From Nematocida ausubeli (Eukaryota), in the NCBI RefSeq assembly GCF_000738915.1, contig NW_026515635.1:744001-808000 (forward strand): a DNA stretch of 64,000 nt, given 5' to 3'. The position numbers were made by a program, and so were the translations under genes. Shown here piece after piece: positions 20,662-32,454 of the stretch. The number at the start of each line of letters is the position of its first letter. Position 1 is the stretch's first letter. The notes beneath the pieces were generated by a model. The model made no database searches. It was not told the origin of the DNA and was given only the letters and a program-made list of their open reading frames with translations.

Positions 20662-22257
20662 TTACACACTATTTTTATTGTCGGTTAGGACAGCAGCTAT
20701 TTCATTCTTCTGGTGGAAGTTTGCCTTAGAAAGAACCATGTCCTTAAATGCTATTTGCAGCCTAAATCCCAATGGGTTTTCCACATTGTTTAAAAGATTC
20801 ATTATTTCCTTTGCTCTTTTCACTATGCTAGAGAGCTTCTCCTTCTCAAAGACCTTTTCCTCTGCAAGGTAGATTAAGTTGCCTGTTGTCTTCTCTATCT
20901 CATCATCCAAAATAGCATCTACATCAGACTCATACACTCCCTTGTTCTCCAGGTAGTGTGCCTGCATAGATCCAAGGATAGAGGCCTTTTTGATTGTCTG
21001 GTAGACTCTTTCAGACTGCGCAGATATTTTACTTGAGTGAACCAGATTTAGCTTTAGTATTTCAGTGTTTATGGAGGGAAGTATTGATGCATCCACAGTT
21101 GCATAGAATGTTTTGTCCATCTCAATTGCGCCTTCCTTTGAATACTCTTTTGCAATTATTTTCTTCATGTTCTGCATATATCCTGCCTTTAGGTCTTGCA
21201 CCTTCTTTTTTATCTGGGGCACTATGGCATCTACCCTATGAATTGCAAGTGTCTCTGATGGTGTAGATGTTGGGGTTGTAAGCCACTCAAATTTATTTGC
21301 CAGCAGGTTAATCACTCCTACCTCGTACCCATAGCCATACAGGATGCCTGGGAAGGCCACTATTTCCTGTTCTGCTTGTGCAAATATATCCTTGAGAATA
21401 TCCATGTTTGGGTCTTCTTCTTCTGGAGTGAATAATTCTAGCAGAAAGTATCCTTCAGTCGAGGCCAGTGAATATGCCAGTTGTATCAGGGATATCATGG
21501 CTTCTTCTATTTTTGTGCTTAGCTCGGCTTTGTCTTTTGCCTTTCTAAAGGGCTTTGCAAGATCTTCTATCTTTTTGTGGATGTACGCCCTGTGCAGCTT
21601 GGATATGGATGTTACGTACGCGTGGATGCACTCTTCAAATACTCTTTTGTTCACAAGGTAGTTTATTATTTCCGTGTATCTGCTTAGTATAGTATGCACT
21701 TCTGTTGGGCTTTTTTTGTTCTTCAGGCAGCTCTTAAGAATGAACTCTTTTGCCTTCTTCTCAAATTTTGCTGAGACAGCGTGCACTTCTTTCTGCTTTT
21801 CTTTTACCAACTGAATGCTCAAAATCCTGGGCTCTGAAATACTCAGGCACTTCTTTACTTTATGCAGTGCTTCTTCTATTTTTGTTATTTCCTGTGCGTC
21901 TGTGAATATTGGCTCCTGCAGTCTCTGCATCTCCTCTTTAGATATCTGTGTGCCTTCAATGATTCTGTCTAGTATTTTAAGTGCTTTCTGTTTTGTCTGT
22001 ATCTCCTTTTCCACATCTGCTGTTAGTCTTTCTATCCGCACAATATCCTCTTTTGCCTCTTCCATCATCTCTTTGATTCTTGCAACCTCTTTGGCTGAGT
22101 CTTGTATCCGGGCAAGGGTCTCCTTTGCCCTGGGAAGAACCTCTTGTGCCCTTGCCCATGCAGCTTCTGTCTTTCCAATGATCTCCCCGTGGGCAGCCCT
22201 GCCTTGCTGCACCTCAAGGGTCCATGGCTCCTTGAATATCTTGTCTGGGTTGTCCAT
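20662..22257 (-). CDS. CATCHR-type tethering subunit, probably exocyst Sec3-like (Vps52-like not excluded)
   Basis: N-terminal coiled coil (KEDIVRIERL...ILDRIIEGTQISKEEMQRL...ITKIEEAL) resembling the Sec3 coiled-coil region, followed by helical bundles. Confidence 0.45.
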   Translation of the reverse strand: MDNPDKIFKEPWTLEVQQGRAAHGEIIGKTEAAWARAQEVLPRAKETLARIQDSAKEVARIKEMMEEAKEDIVRIERLTADVEKEIQTKQKALKILDRIIEGTQISKEEMQRLQEPIFTDAQEITKIEEALHKVKKCLSISEPRILSIQLVKEKQKEVHAVSAKFEKKAKEFILKSCLKNKKSPTEVHTILSRYTEIINYLVNKRVFEECIHAYVTSISKLHRAYIHKKIEDLAKPFRKAKDKAELSTKIEEAMISLIQLAYSLASTEGYFLLELFTPEEEDPNMDILKDIFAQAEQEIVAFPGILYGYGYEVGVINLLANKFEWLTTPTSTPSETLAIHRVDAIVPQIKKKVQDLKAGYMQNMKKIIAKEYSKEGAIEMDKTFYATVDASILPSINTEILKLNLVHSSKISAQSERVYQTIKKASILGSMQAHYLENKGVYESDVDAILDDEIEKTTGNLIYLAEEKVFEKEKLSSIVKRAKEIMNLLNNVENPLGFRLQIAFKDMVLSKANFHQKNEIAAVLTDNKNSV

Positions 22258-22351
22258 AAAAACAAAAACGCGAATTCACGCTGTATTATAGAAAAAGTAG
22301 TCTGAAGGGTATGCAGGTAACAAACATCATTTATTTCCCGGAGTGTTTTTC

Positions 22352-22897
<546 letters not shown>

Positions 22898-24008
22898 TTA
22901 AAGCCAGGATAATAAAACAGCGTCTGCAAAATATAGTATTTTTCACTTTGAAAGATTACTTGGAATCTGCAGGTGAGTCTCTGTATGCTGCCTGACTTAC
23001 ATGCATCTGTCGTATATAGGACAAGTTCTTCTTCTTATCACCCTGCCACCTCATTTGAGTTATCTGAAAATGATCTATGATTTTTTATGCAATTCTTCTA
23101 GAGAGTGTCTTCCATGAGAAGAGTAAATTCGCATGAACCTGCCGTTCTCAAAACATGCAGTATCCTGTTGTAATTTCGGGTTATATCAGCATATGCATTA
23201 TACTTGCAGAAGCAGACTAGTTTCTATTAATTTTGTAGCCTGCACTCACATAAATATATCCTGCCTATAGTAGTAATTCTCTTGGGACTATATGGAATAG
23301 AATGCCTGATTCATGGATTTTTCTAGAATTTTCCTGTATGGGTGGGATGCATAATTAGTCTTATTTACTAACTGTTGTAATTGGGATATATAAAATAGAA
23401 GACTTATACTGATTCCAAGATATATTTATGTGGGTGGATTTATTTAAGTGCTGAAATATTTGCAGTTTCTGAGTTAGTGAAAGTGCATATTTCTGTTTTC
23501 TGCCAGTCATGGTAATTAGCCATGCGAGGCACTAAGAATATCCCCAGAACCAGGCTGCAGTGCATGCCGAGTGTACAGTAAATATGGCTGCCTTGTACAT
23601 TAAATATGCAAAGATTTCATAAAGGTATTCTTAGTTGAAGAAAAGACTAAGACAGTGTAATAACCAGAAGATAAAAGACATTGAGATATTCTTAGGGTAT
23701 CATAAGCAGAGTGAACTAGCACTACAGTGTGAAATAATTTATACGGGTTAATTTTTCTACTAGTACTACAATCACCCTGGCTTACTTAACTAAACACAAG
23801 AGACAAGCTATAAATCTGACTATCAGAGTATTCTTTTTATTTAAACCATAATCAAAGCCTGGTTTGCCCAGCCCTGCAGACCCAAAATTCTGTGTCTAGC
23901 AGCCAGGCAGGCAGAAGTTCCCAACATAAATAAATCTACAAAAATAGGAAAAGTCCCAGGGGACAGTAGACAAAGCAGCAGGTGCCCAAATGCATAGTTG
24001 CACTTTGT

Positions 24009-25679
24009 CTACTCATCAGAGTCAAAGGAGTTAATTTGCTTTGTAGGACTGTACACTTCAGACTCTATCAAGGGGGTTCCTTCGTCTTGTGCTGGCGTTG
24101 TGCTGTTGTCCTCTTCATCTGAAGAGTCAGAGTAAGCTGGCACTGCCATGCTATTGAGCATCTCTTCCTTCTCAGACTCATTAGTTTCTCGCATGGACGG
24201 GGTTGCATTTCTTCTGTGAATTTCAAAGTCTGTTTTCTTGACTGTTATGCACTTCAGCGTGGTTATAAGCTGTATCCTGTAGGAGGCAGGCAGAACATCC
24301 TTAATGGTTCCACGCTTCCCTTTGTACTCTCCTGCTGTTATTTCTCCCTGTCTATCTACAAGTGGGTCTCTCTTACCGCGCGATGGGATCTTTCCTTGGG
24401 TCTTTGGTCTTTCCTGCTGTGCATCTGGTACTGAGCTCAGAACAACCTCCTCTATCTCTGCCTCAATTTCTTCTGTAAAGTTGTTTATTCCTATCATAAG
24501 CTTATTATCTGATATTCCCACTACAAATCCACACTTTCCTCTCTTTCTTCCGGAGACCACCAGAACTTCATCCCCAATCGCATACTTCTTCTGTATTTCA
24601 TCTCGTGCAACAACAATCTTCTTATCTCCTATCTTTATCGTTACGTTCTCTTCTTCTACAACAAGCACTTTTCCAACAGCTCCCTTCAGTCCTCCAAACA
24701 TAACCTCTACAATTTCGTCTTTTACAAAGTGCGAGCCTGATGTCTTTTTGTTCTCTGCAGTAGAGAACCACCTTTTTTCCTCTCCTGTAATTGCTGGACT
24801 TGCTGCTAGATAGACAACCGGGATGCTTTTCAGCAAATACCCGTCTTTGTACATTTCCTTTTTATAGACCCATGTGCTACTTGACATCTTGTATATCTCC
24901 GACTTGTTGAAGTCATTTGGGTTAAACAGCTTGTGCTTGTCATTTATCTTTGGGACCAGCTTTACAGAGATTTTGTCCTTTCCTGTCCCAAGCGAATCTA
25001 TTTGTGCTATTTCCCCAGAGTGCGCTCCCTTTATCACTCGGAGATAGTTTCCCTCTTTGTATATCACTGGGTCTAGCTCTGGTATGTACAGCACATCTGC
25101 CATCTCCTTGTTTGGGATCTGTGTGATATTCGTTTTAAATGCCCCAAATATCCCGTCTATTGCCTGCAGAACAGCCTGTTTCTGGTACGCCTCTATGTAT
25201 ATGTATCCCTTTACTATTTCATTTGTCAGAACTGCAGTTATATTTATCTTGTTGGCGAAGGCCTTCCGTAGAACAGAGAGCACAATTTGCTTCTCCTTTG
25301 CAGGCGCACACCTGATCAGCCACAGCTTTGGTGACTTGTCATTCGGCAGAAGCAGCTGCTGCGGTGTTACCTCAACCTCCATGGAGTCTATGTTCTTGTA
25401 CCTCTCTTCCACAGTTTTTGTGTACTCTTCAAAGTCATCAAGATTTCCCTCTTCTTCACTTTCCTCCATACTCTCCTGCCCTTCTGCAGTGGATGCTTCT
25501 ATCTCTGGGCCTTCCTCCTCTGCTGCCTCTACGTCTTCTGCTAGCTCATTGATAAAGGAATTCATGCTTCCATCATCAGACGGCTCATTCTCAGAGGCCT
25601 CTACATCCACAAATTTGCTTGCTTTAAACTCTTCTTCGCTATCAGAATCTACTGCATACTTTCTCTTTACCTTTGCCAT
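24009..25679 (-). CDS. SPT5: transcription elongation factor Spt5
   Basis: Acidic N-terminus, QQLLLP..PKLW, NGN domain KGYIYIEA, several KOW motifs (GGLKGAVG, SGRKRGKCG, RDPLV...GEYKGKRG); start reassigned to ATG at 25679. Confidence 0.92.
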   Translation of the reverse strand: MAKVKRKYAVDSDSEEEFKASKFVDVEASENEPSDDGSMNSFINELAEDVEAAEEEGPEIEASTAEGQESMEESEEEGNLDDFEEYTKTVEERYKNIDSMEVEVTPQQLLLPNDKSPKLWLIRCAPAKEKQIVLSVLRKAFANKINITAVLTNEIVKGYIYIEAYQKQAVLQAIDGIFGAFKTNITQIPNKEMADVLYIPELDPVIYKEGNYLRVIKGAHSGEIAQIDSLGTGKDKISVKLVPKINDKHKLFNPNDFNKSEIYKMSSSTWVYKKEMYKDGYLLKSIPVVYLAASPAITGEEKRWFSTAENKKTSGSHFVKDEIVEVMFGGLKGAVGKVLVVEEENVTIKIGDKKIVVARDEIQKKYAIGDEVLVVSGRKRGKCGFVVGISDNKLMIGINNFTEEIEAEIEEVVLSSVPDAQQERPKTQGKIPSRGKRDPLVDRQGEITAGEYKGKRGTIKDVLPASYRIQLITTLKCITVKKTDFEIHRRNATPSMRETNESEKEEMLNSMAVPAYSDSSDEEDNSTTPAQDEGTPLIESEVYSPTKQINSFDSDE

Positions 25680-26259
25680 TACGCCAAGAATAAAAATAAA
25701 ATGTATATTACAATATGCACCAGACTGTCCCCAAATATTCCTGCAGTTAAGCCGCATTCAGCTGCAGAGAAGTCTAAAGGCCTCTTCTCAGATTGTGTTA
25801 ATCTACCACACTAAGACAAAGGCCTCTTTCACAATTTACTGACCAGTATAAAAGACCATGCCAGTCAAAGTACTATACTGTACAAAGAATAAAGCACTAA
25901 ATCAATGATTGCAAAACAAGAAATACGTTAGAATGAAAGTATTAGGATTCAGGTTAAAATAGCCTGCACTGCCGTCTGGCTTATAGTATAGAAGAATTTA
26001 TTCATATTCTAAGGCCAAAACCCTGCAGTAGGCCTGCCACCCTGGTGCATGCGAGTTTATTCTGGATACTAAGCCATAACAAGCCCGAATATGCACGGTG
26101 CATCTGCCTTATACCAGACAGTGCACTGCCTATTCTGCTCTAAATACTCTGCAGACTATCTCTTAGTCAAGAAGAAGCAGCAATTTACTTCAATCTGAGC
26201 AGCTTTAATCTGAGCAGCAGGCATCTCACAGAAAGAGGCATAAAGCACAATCCTTGTGC

Positions 26260-26967
26260 CTACTCCTCTAAGTCCGCCAGAGTGGCTGGCCTTCGAACTC
26301 GTTCTGTCTGGACTGCCTGTGCAGCTGCAGCTGTCTTTTTTATGAAGATATTTTTCAGGATCTCAGGTGTTGCAAGAGGATCTCTGCCTGGGTTTGTTTT
26401 TGTGTACACTGTCTTAAAGTAGAAGTACACGTGTCCTGTCAGTATACCGACTAAATCATTTGTAGGAAGTGACTTTTCTGCGAGATACGAGAAAATAAAC
26501 ATGATCCATGGGATGTAGTACGCAGGAAGATTGAACAGTCCCATGTACTGCACAATAATCAAAGGATTCTTACGGCTCCAGACATAGATAATATACGTAG
26601 ACAGGACATTAGAGAGCCTGGACAGTCCCAAGACAGAGGCAGCCACTAGTATCTGCGCCATTCCTATGATAATCATGTACAGAAATTCAGCTGGATTACT
26701 CCCAGTCTCCTCCATCATTATGCAGTACTTCAGCATGAAGAAGTGGTGCACGACTGTGTCAAGGGTGGGTGGTCCCCAATAGAAAAACGCAGTTATAACC
26801 CTCCAGAGCTCCAATTTCTTGATGTGCGCAAAGGAATATATCAGATTATATGCACTAATTACATTGAGATATGTCAGGGCTGTTAGTCCTATGCTTATTG
26901 TGAACAGAATTCGGCTGACTACTGGGATAGATTTATAGAACTGTACAAGAAGAGACTCAATCTGCAT
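26260..26967 (-). CDS. DER1: Derlin (ERAD membrane protein)
   Basis: IPVVSR, ELWRVITAFFY, YVWSRKNP, PAYYIPW, GILTGHVYFY. Confidence 0.92.
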   Translation of the reverse strand: MQIESLLVQFYKSIPVVSRILFTISIGLTALTYLNVISAYNLIYSFAHIKKLELWRVITAFFYWGPPTLDTVVHHFFMLKYCIMMEETGSNPAEFLYMIIIGMAQILVAASVLGLSRLSNVLSTYIIYVWSRKNPLIIVQYMGLFNLPAYYIPWIMFIFSYLAEKSLPTNDLVGILTGHVYFYFKTVYTKTNPGRDPLATPEILKNIFIKKTAAAAQAVQTERVRRPATLADLEE

Positions 26968-27015
26968 CCAAATAAAAATAAAATAAATAATTATATGTCT
27001 ATTAATAGTATCTTA

Positions 27016-28038
27016 TCACTTCCTCTGGCTTTCTCGGCTGAGTCTTCTCTGCCAAATACTTCTGTCTTCCTTCTTTTTCTCTTCTTTCTTTTTCTCCTCT
27101 AGAGAGTCTTTATTTTCCTTCTCCTTGCTGCGGTCTGCGCTGCTTTCTTCCTTCACTTCCGGGATGTCGTCTGTTTCCTCACCCAAATAGAACTTCTTTC
27201 TTGCTGTGTTAAGGTACGGCCTAAACACAAACTCCTTCTCTGCGTATGTCATGTCCAAAGTGCCTGCACGTATTTCGTACAGCTTCATTGTGAACTGCGG
27301 GGAGGTTTTCTGGAGAGTGACTTCGCCCTTTTGGAATGTGCTTTTAAACTGCGTGAATAATATGCTGTCTTCTCTGTTGATGAAGCTTATCATTCTCTTT
27401 GGCTTTTCACTTCCTGGCAGCTGCGGGAAGAGTGAGGAAAGAATTCTCTTCACACGCATTCCAAGGGGCGTTGTGAAATTGTCGAAAATCACAGCAGGAA
27501 TTGCTGTGCTTATTGGCTCCTCCGTGTCAATATTTGGATGGTGTATGCTGAAGTACGTGGTGGGTCCGTGCGGTAGATGCGAGATAATAAGAGATGAAGG
27601 GACTCCTCTATTCTCATTCACCATTATGAGATCTGTGTGGTTCTTTTTGATTGCACTTTGCACTAGCTCTTGTATCATGTGCTTTCCTCTGTTTAGCTTT
27701 TCTGCATTTGGAAGAATATTCTTCAGTGATTTTGCAAATCTAATAAGCGAATCAGAAGGTGACCTTGATGTAGTGATAATTGGTCGTGCCTCAGTGTGGG
27801 AAAATTCATCCTCCTTCTCTCCATCCTCAAATGCATAAATTGCATCTTGGAGTGCCTCTTCTGCTGTAAGCTTGCTTTCATCTATGTCATTTCGTATTTC
27901 TTTTGGCACTATTACATCTCTTTCATACGACTTGTACAGCATTTCCTTTCTTTTTTTTGACTCTATGCGCCTTTCCTCTGCTCTTACTGAGTCCATCCAT
28001 TCTCTTCTTTCTCTGCGCAGCTTTCTGTCCAGTAGCAT
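27016..28038 (-). CDS. IMP4: Brix-domain U3 snoRNP protein Imp4
   Basis: ITTSRSPSDSLIRFAK, LNRG, NENRGVP..LIISHLPHGPT, F.MKLYEIRAGTL, RPYLNTARKK. Confidence 0.9.
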   Translation of the reverse strand: MLLDRKLRRERREWMDSVRAEERRIESKKRKEMLYKSYERDVIVPKEIRNDIDESKLTAEEALQDAIYAFEDGEKEDEFSHTEARPIITTSRSPSDSLIRFAKSLKNILPNAEKLNRGKHMIQELVQSAIKKNHTDLIMVNENRGVPSSLIISHLPHGPTTYFSIHHPNIDTEEPISTAIPAVIFDNFTTPLGMRVKRILSSLFPQLPGSEKPKRMISFINREDSILFTQFKSTFQKGEVTLQKTSPQFTMKLYEIRAGTLDMTYAEKEFVFRPYLNTARKKFYLGEETDDIPEVKEESSADRSKEKENKDSLEEKKKEEKKKEDRSIWQRRLSRESQRK

Positions 28039-28320
28039 TGTAAATATTTTGCAGTAAAGATTTTGCAGCTAAATGAAAAAACTGAATACAAAGATAAACC
28101 ACTGAATATTGTATTTTCCTGGGCAGAAGCGTATATTTATGTGAGTTTAGTCTGTAGAAGATCTTTCTTAAATGTTTATTCGGATTATATCGGGTGCACC
28201 AATAAAATCTCTTCTTGCCGCACTTTTTGCATCTTCGCCTACATAGCAACAGCAGACGTAATTCTGTTATACTGCTAACTTATAAGACATTTCAGTCATG
28301 TGCTTGTACTAGCACTTAAT

Positions 28321-28440
28321 ATAACCCGAACCCGAACTTAAATGATATTCTGGTTATATTGGATTATATTCGGTTATATTCTGGTTAGATATTCTGGTTA
28401 TATTGGATTATATTCTAGTTAGATTCGATTATATTTGGCT
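28321..28440. repeat. array of degenerate 10-11 bp units of the TTCGGGTTATA motif
   Basis: ataacccgaacccgaa followed by ttctggttata/ttggattata/ttcggttata/ttctggttaga... units. Confidence 0.85.
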
Positions 28441-28749
28441 ATTCCTATTCTCATGGGTTTATGCAGCTGTCTTGCACTAAAACAGACAGAAGCCTCTCTT
28501 CTCACTCAAAGTAACACTGGAAGATTTTTTCTAGTGAATGTGAGTAATAGACCTTAAAATACTGCAGAAGAATTAACGGCAATCAGAAATATCAGTGCAT
28601 TTAAGATATAAATAGACACAAGGCTTTTAATTAGCAAACGAATATGCACAATTAAAGAACAAAACACGCAAGTAGACAGAATAACGGAAATAGTTTAAAA
28701 TAGTTCTACTATAGGATTTCAGTTATATTTTCAGCTTTCTTTATTTCTT

Positions 28750-31700
28750 TTATAGCTTAAGCCCTCCAAGTGCATGTACCTGGTGCAGCACAGGACCAGT
28801 TACTTTAAACACTTTCAAGAACTCATCTCCATAGTGCTTTAGTATTTCAATGAGATGGAGCTGGAGCACCTTTGAGATCAGCTGGTCACTTTTGATGTCA
28901 CCTCTGAACTCTGCGTAGAATGCATTCAGCCGGTTAATAATGCCCATAACCACAGTCTTATCAGAGACCACAGAAGAAGAAAGCTTGGAGTGCTTCCACA
29001 GCAGCTTCACAAGGATCTCGCGCACTTTCTCCTCTTTGTACCTATTTGACAGAAGATTTATGTATATTTTGAACATGTTCAGAAAGGGCGCATTCACACA
29101 CATCTTAAGAAGACTTTCACTGCACTCCTTTTTGATGCCCTCTGGCGATGCAGAGCCCCTGGGCATCTGCCCTGTTATGATCACAATATAGTCGGATACC
29201 AGGCTGAGCAGCGTACCTGCATCGAGCGTGGCCAGGAACAGATCACTTTCGCATATTCTCTTGATTATGTTTATAATCGTGTATACGTTCAAGCATGTGC
29301 TTCCTGAGGAGAGCGAGTCATTCAGCTGAAGAAGAAGAACATTCACCACTGTAGATGCACTTCTTAGAAGAACACTCATATTTTCAATTGCAACCTTCTG
29401 CAGCTTCTTCAGAGACTCCTGTGACTGCTGGCTGTTTTGGTCTATTATGTCATTAAGAAGCAGATTTATATCAGTGGCAGCCTCCTCAGACCTTCTCACC
29501 TTCTTTGCATGCGGCGAGTACGCTGTAATGATGTTCTCTTTCTTCAGAAGGGCAATTACATGCGCAGCTGCTGGAGTTTCTGCTCTTTCGAGCAAAGAAA
29601 TAAATCTGTGGTTATTCAAAGCACCTTCAATCCATGTGTTAGAAATAAATGGCGTCTTCTGCAGGAGGAAGTAGATGCTGTTTATGAATACTGGCTGCGT
29701 CTCAGCCAGTGAGATAAGACTTGCAAATATCTTGGACACCGGGAAGACTTTATCCAATCCAGAGAGTACGTCCCAGTACTCGTTTTCCCCTGCCACCTTT
29801 ATAATAACAAATGCCTCTTCATCCTTAATCATTCCAGACCTACTCTCAATCATTCCCAGAACATTCATGATATGCTCCTGTGGCACGCCCTCTCCTTTCA
29901 TCAGAGCATCGCAGAGAGCAGAAAGAAGGCACTTCTCTTCAAATGCACTTTTCTCTCCTATCACCTTTGCTGCCTTGCTTCTTAGGCCTTCCATCATCAG
30001 AACTGCGTGTGAGTCAGAGACCTCCACTCGCTCCAGCCTGTCCTTAATCAAAACAGCCATTTCTTCACTCATGTTTATCGATGAAAGTATAGAAAGAATA
30101 CGCCCATTCACTGCAGGGCCTGTCCCCAGTCCATCAATAAGCACCTGCAGCACAGAGTCACTAATTCTTCCTGTCTGAATAAAGTGCAGAATTTCACTCT
30201 CCCCTGCCGTTCTTGTTGAAGCATTTGTATTACTCTGCTTACCTGAGCATATCTGTGCAGTTTGATCAATAAACACGTTATCTGGATTTGTGTCCTGAAT
30301 TGGAATAACGGGCTTGTCTTTTTTCAAAGACTGCGTTATAATTGGGCTCAGTACCATGTTCTCCTGCTGACTGCTCAAGACGTGCGATGGCCGCATGGGT
30401 GTGACAGGCTCTGGCTTGATCAAAGTGTTTCGAATATCTTCGCAGAGGGATTCAATAATTGCTGTGATTTCTGCATCCTTTTCCTTGAAGAGCTCCTCAG
30501 CCTGCGCCTTTATTTTTGCTGCAAGGTGCCTCTCTATTCCGTACTGCTCTATCTCGCTGAGTGCAGGAATCTCGTCTCTTTTAATAAATACCTTTGATAT
30601 GCAGGTGCATGCAAGGCTTCTTATGTCTGCACTCTGGTCTTTCGTGCACTCAATCAGTGCCTTAAATGCCTTTGAGTCTTCCATCTCCTTTTCACTCACC
30701 AGCTCAATCGATGCATCAAATGTCTTGAGGGCTCCGTGCCGCACTGTCTTGTCAGACACTGCCATTACTGAGAGCTCCTGCAGCACAGACACTTTGTACA
30801 CTCCCAGAAGAGAAACAATAAGACTTGTCACAGACTGCTGCACCTGCTCCTTCTTGTCCTTCAGCCTTTTCCCAACAACTTTGACAATCTGCACAGAAAG
30901 TGACTCTTGTATCTTCTCGCGTGCGGTTATTTTTTCAGCCACAGACATTGCAGCAATAAAGACCTTATTATTACTCTCTCCCACTCGCTTCAGAATCGCA
31001 TCTATCACGTCATACGTGTCATTTCTGCTTAGTTTACCTGTGTCTGCCAGCTTCTCATCAAGCTCTTCCATAACCAGCCGCTCCTTCCACTGTGCAGACT
31101 GGAACCTTTCATAGAAATTGCTGCTAAGGGCCACAATCTTGTACTCTTTGGGCTTGCTACTCTGCTGCACCGGGCATTCCTTCTTCTTTGGTGCTGCCTT
31201 CTTCTCAGCAGGCTCAACTCTTGTGCGCATACTATTCTCTTCTGAGCTGCTGCACGGATATGAGGCACTTATAGCACTTGGTGTCTGGTGCATCTCTGGT
31301 GCAATTGTCTTCTGCACCTCTACTGTGGCTTCCTGCACGACTGGCTCCTGCACTGGGCTCTTCTGCTCCTTCTCCTGTGGTGGCTGGAAGATCTCTTTTA
31401 TCTGTATAGGGCGCAGTGCACTAACTGCCTGTGACACTTGCTCTGGGTCCTGCACTGCAAGTATCTGGAAGAGCTTTGTTGCCTCCTCCCGCACAGACCC
31501 TGTGCCGTGCCCAAAGAGAAATCCTGCCTGCGGTAGCATCTGTCCCATCAGGTGTCCTTCCAGCAGCGGTGCATGTCCCACTAATATCTTCAGAGTCTCT
31601 GTTATTATCTTCGGGTTCTTGTCCTTTATGCACCCAGATGCAGCCAGCACCACCTGCGCCGGGTTATGCGCAGCCTGTGCCTCCATAATCTCTTTTATTG

Positions 31701-31956
31701 CCTTCTTTGTGGTCGGCTTTGTTGAGGATGAATTCTTAAATAGTGCTGCTAATACATCTCTCGTGTACTCCTGCATGGTGTTTGCCTTGGCCAGCGGTAT
31801 AATGGCTGATAGACCTGCCTCAAGTGCAGGTATAGATGTTTCTTTGACTATCTCCACTATCATGTTTATCTGTCCTTGCGGGCTTCTTTTCCACTGGTCT
31901 TCTAACTTGCGGTATTTCTCAACTCTGTCTTTCCACGTGGGCTGTGAATCTGCCAT
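28750..31956 (-). CDS. STU2: TOG-domain microtubule polymerase (Stu2/Alp14/XMAP215 family)
   Basis: TOG/HEAT signatures WKDR..., KNPK, SVREEAT, SAQWKER, RLKDKKEQV, DQSADIRS; C-terminal helical domain. Confidence 0.8.
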   Translation of the reverse strand: MADSQPTWKDRVEKYRKLEDQWKRSPQGQINMIVEIVKETSIPALEAGLSAIIPLAKANTMQEYTRDVLAALFKNSSSTKPTTKKAIKEIMEAQAAHNPAQVVLAASGCIKDKNPKIITETLKILVGHAPLLEGHLMGQMLPQAGFLFGHGTGSVREEATKLFQILAVQDPEQVSQAVSALRPIQIKEIFQPPQEKEQKSPVQEPVVQEATVEVQKTIAPEMHQTPSAISASYPCSSSEENSMRTRVEPAEKKAAPKKKECPVQQSSKPKEYKIVALSSNFYERFQSAQWKERLVMEELDEKLADTGKLSRNDTYDVIDAILKRVGESNNKVFIAAMSVAEKITAREKIQESLSVQIVKVVGKRLKDKKEQVQQSVTSLIVSLLGVYKVSVLQELSVMAVSDKTVRHGALKTFDASIELVSEKEMEDSKAFKALIECTKDQSADIRSLACTCISKVFIKRDEIPALSEIEQYGIERHLAAKIKAQAEELFKEKDAEITAIIESLCEDIRNTLIKPEPVTPMRPSHVLSSQQENMVLSPIITQSLKKDKPVIPIQDTNPDNVFIDQTAQICSGKQSNTNASTRTAGESEILHFIQTGRISDSVLQVLIDGLGTGPAVNGRILSILSSINMSEEMAVLIKDRLERVEVSDSHAVLMMEGLRSKAAKVIGEKSAFEEKCLLSALCDALMKGEGVPQEHIMNVLGMIESRSGMIKDEEAFVIIKVAGENEYWDVLSGLDKVFPVSKIFASLISLAETQPVFINSIYFLLQKTPFISNTWIEGALNNHRFISLLERAETPAAAHVIALLKKENIITAYSPHAKKVRRSEEAATDINLLLNDIIDQNSQQSQESLKKLQKVAIENMSVLLRSASTVVNVLLLQLNDSLSSGSTCLNVYTIINIIKRICESDLFLATLDAGTLLSLVSDYIVIITGQMPRGSASPEGIKKECSESLLKMCVNAPFLNMFKIYINLLSNRYKEEKVREILVKLLWKHSKLSSSVVSDKTVVMGIINRLNAFYAEFRGDIKSDQLISKVLQLHLIEILKHYGDEFLKVFKVTGPVLHQVHALGGLKL

Positions 31957-32454
31957 AAAAAAATAGATTCCTTTGTAAAATATATACTACAACTAAATTT
32001 TCACCAATAGATGCACCTGTGCATATTATTTTATTGGAGTAAATATGCACTATATTTAATTGATGCGCTTTAGTCTTCTGTAAATAAGATTGGTCTTTAT
32101 ATATTTAGTCTGTCCACTGTAATTAGTCTTAATGTCTTAAACTAGGATCTTTTATGAAAAAGTTCTCATCTGCGAATTATTGAATTTATTTTTCTTGTAG
32201 TGCACTGCTGCTATTTTTATTAGAGAGAAACAAATTAAAATTTATTTGGCTTGGAAGACAATGGCTTTAAAGAATTTAGAGTATAGACAAGTGCACTGTC
32301 TTATCTAAGAGATCTACTGATTTAGTGCTTTAGGTTATTTTTGATCGAAATTATTTGCACTCTACTATGGTGTCTTAGGCTAGAATTTGTTAAGTGGGTG
32401 CTTGGTTTGTTTGTTTGTGTGGTATTTCATGCTGGGTGCCTTGTTTGTTATTAT

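Noticed and set aside
32341..32454. N-terminal extensions given by the ORF track (also for the Bfr1-like gene, RPB7, SPT5, enolase, YSH1, PRE5, PGK and PIS1)
   Set aside because: They run through T-rich promoter tracts, often from non-ATG codons or overlapping a neighbour; downstream ATGs fit homolog N-termini better
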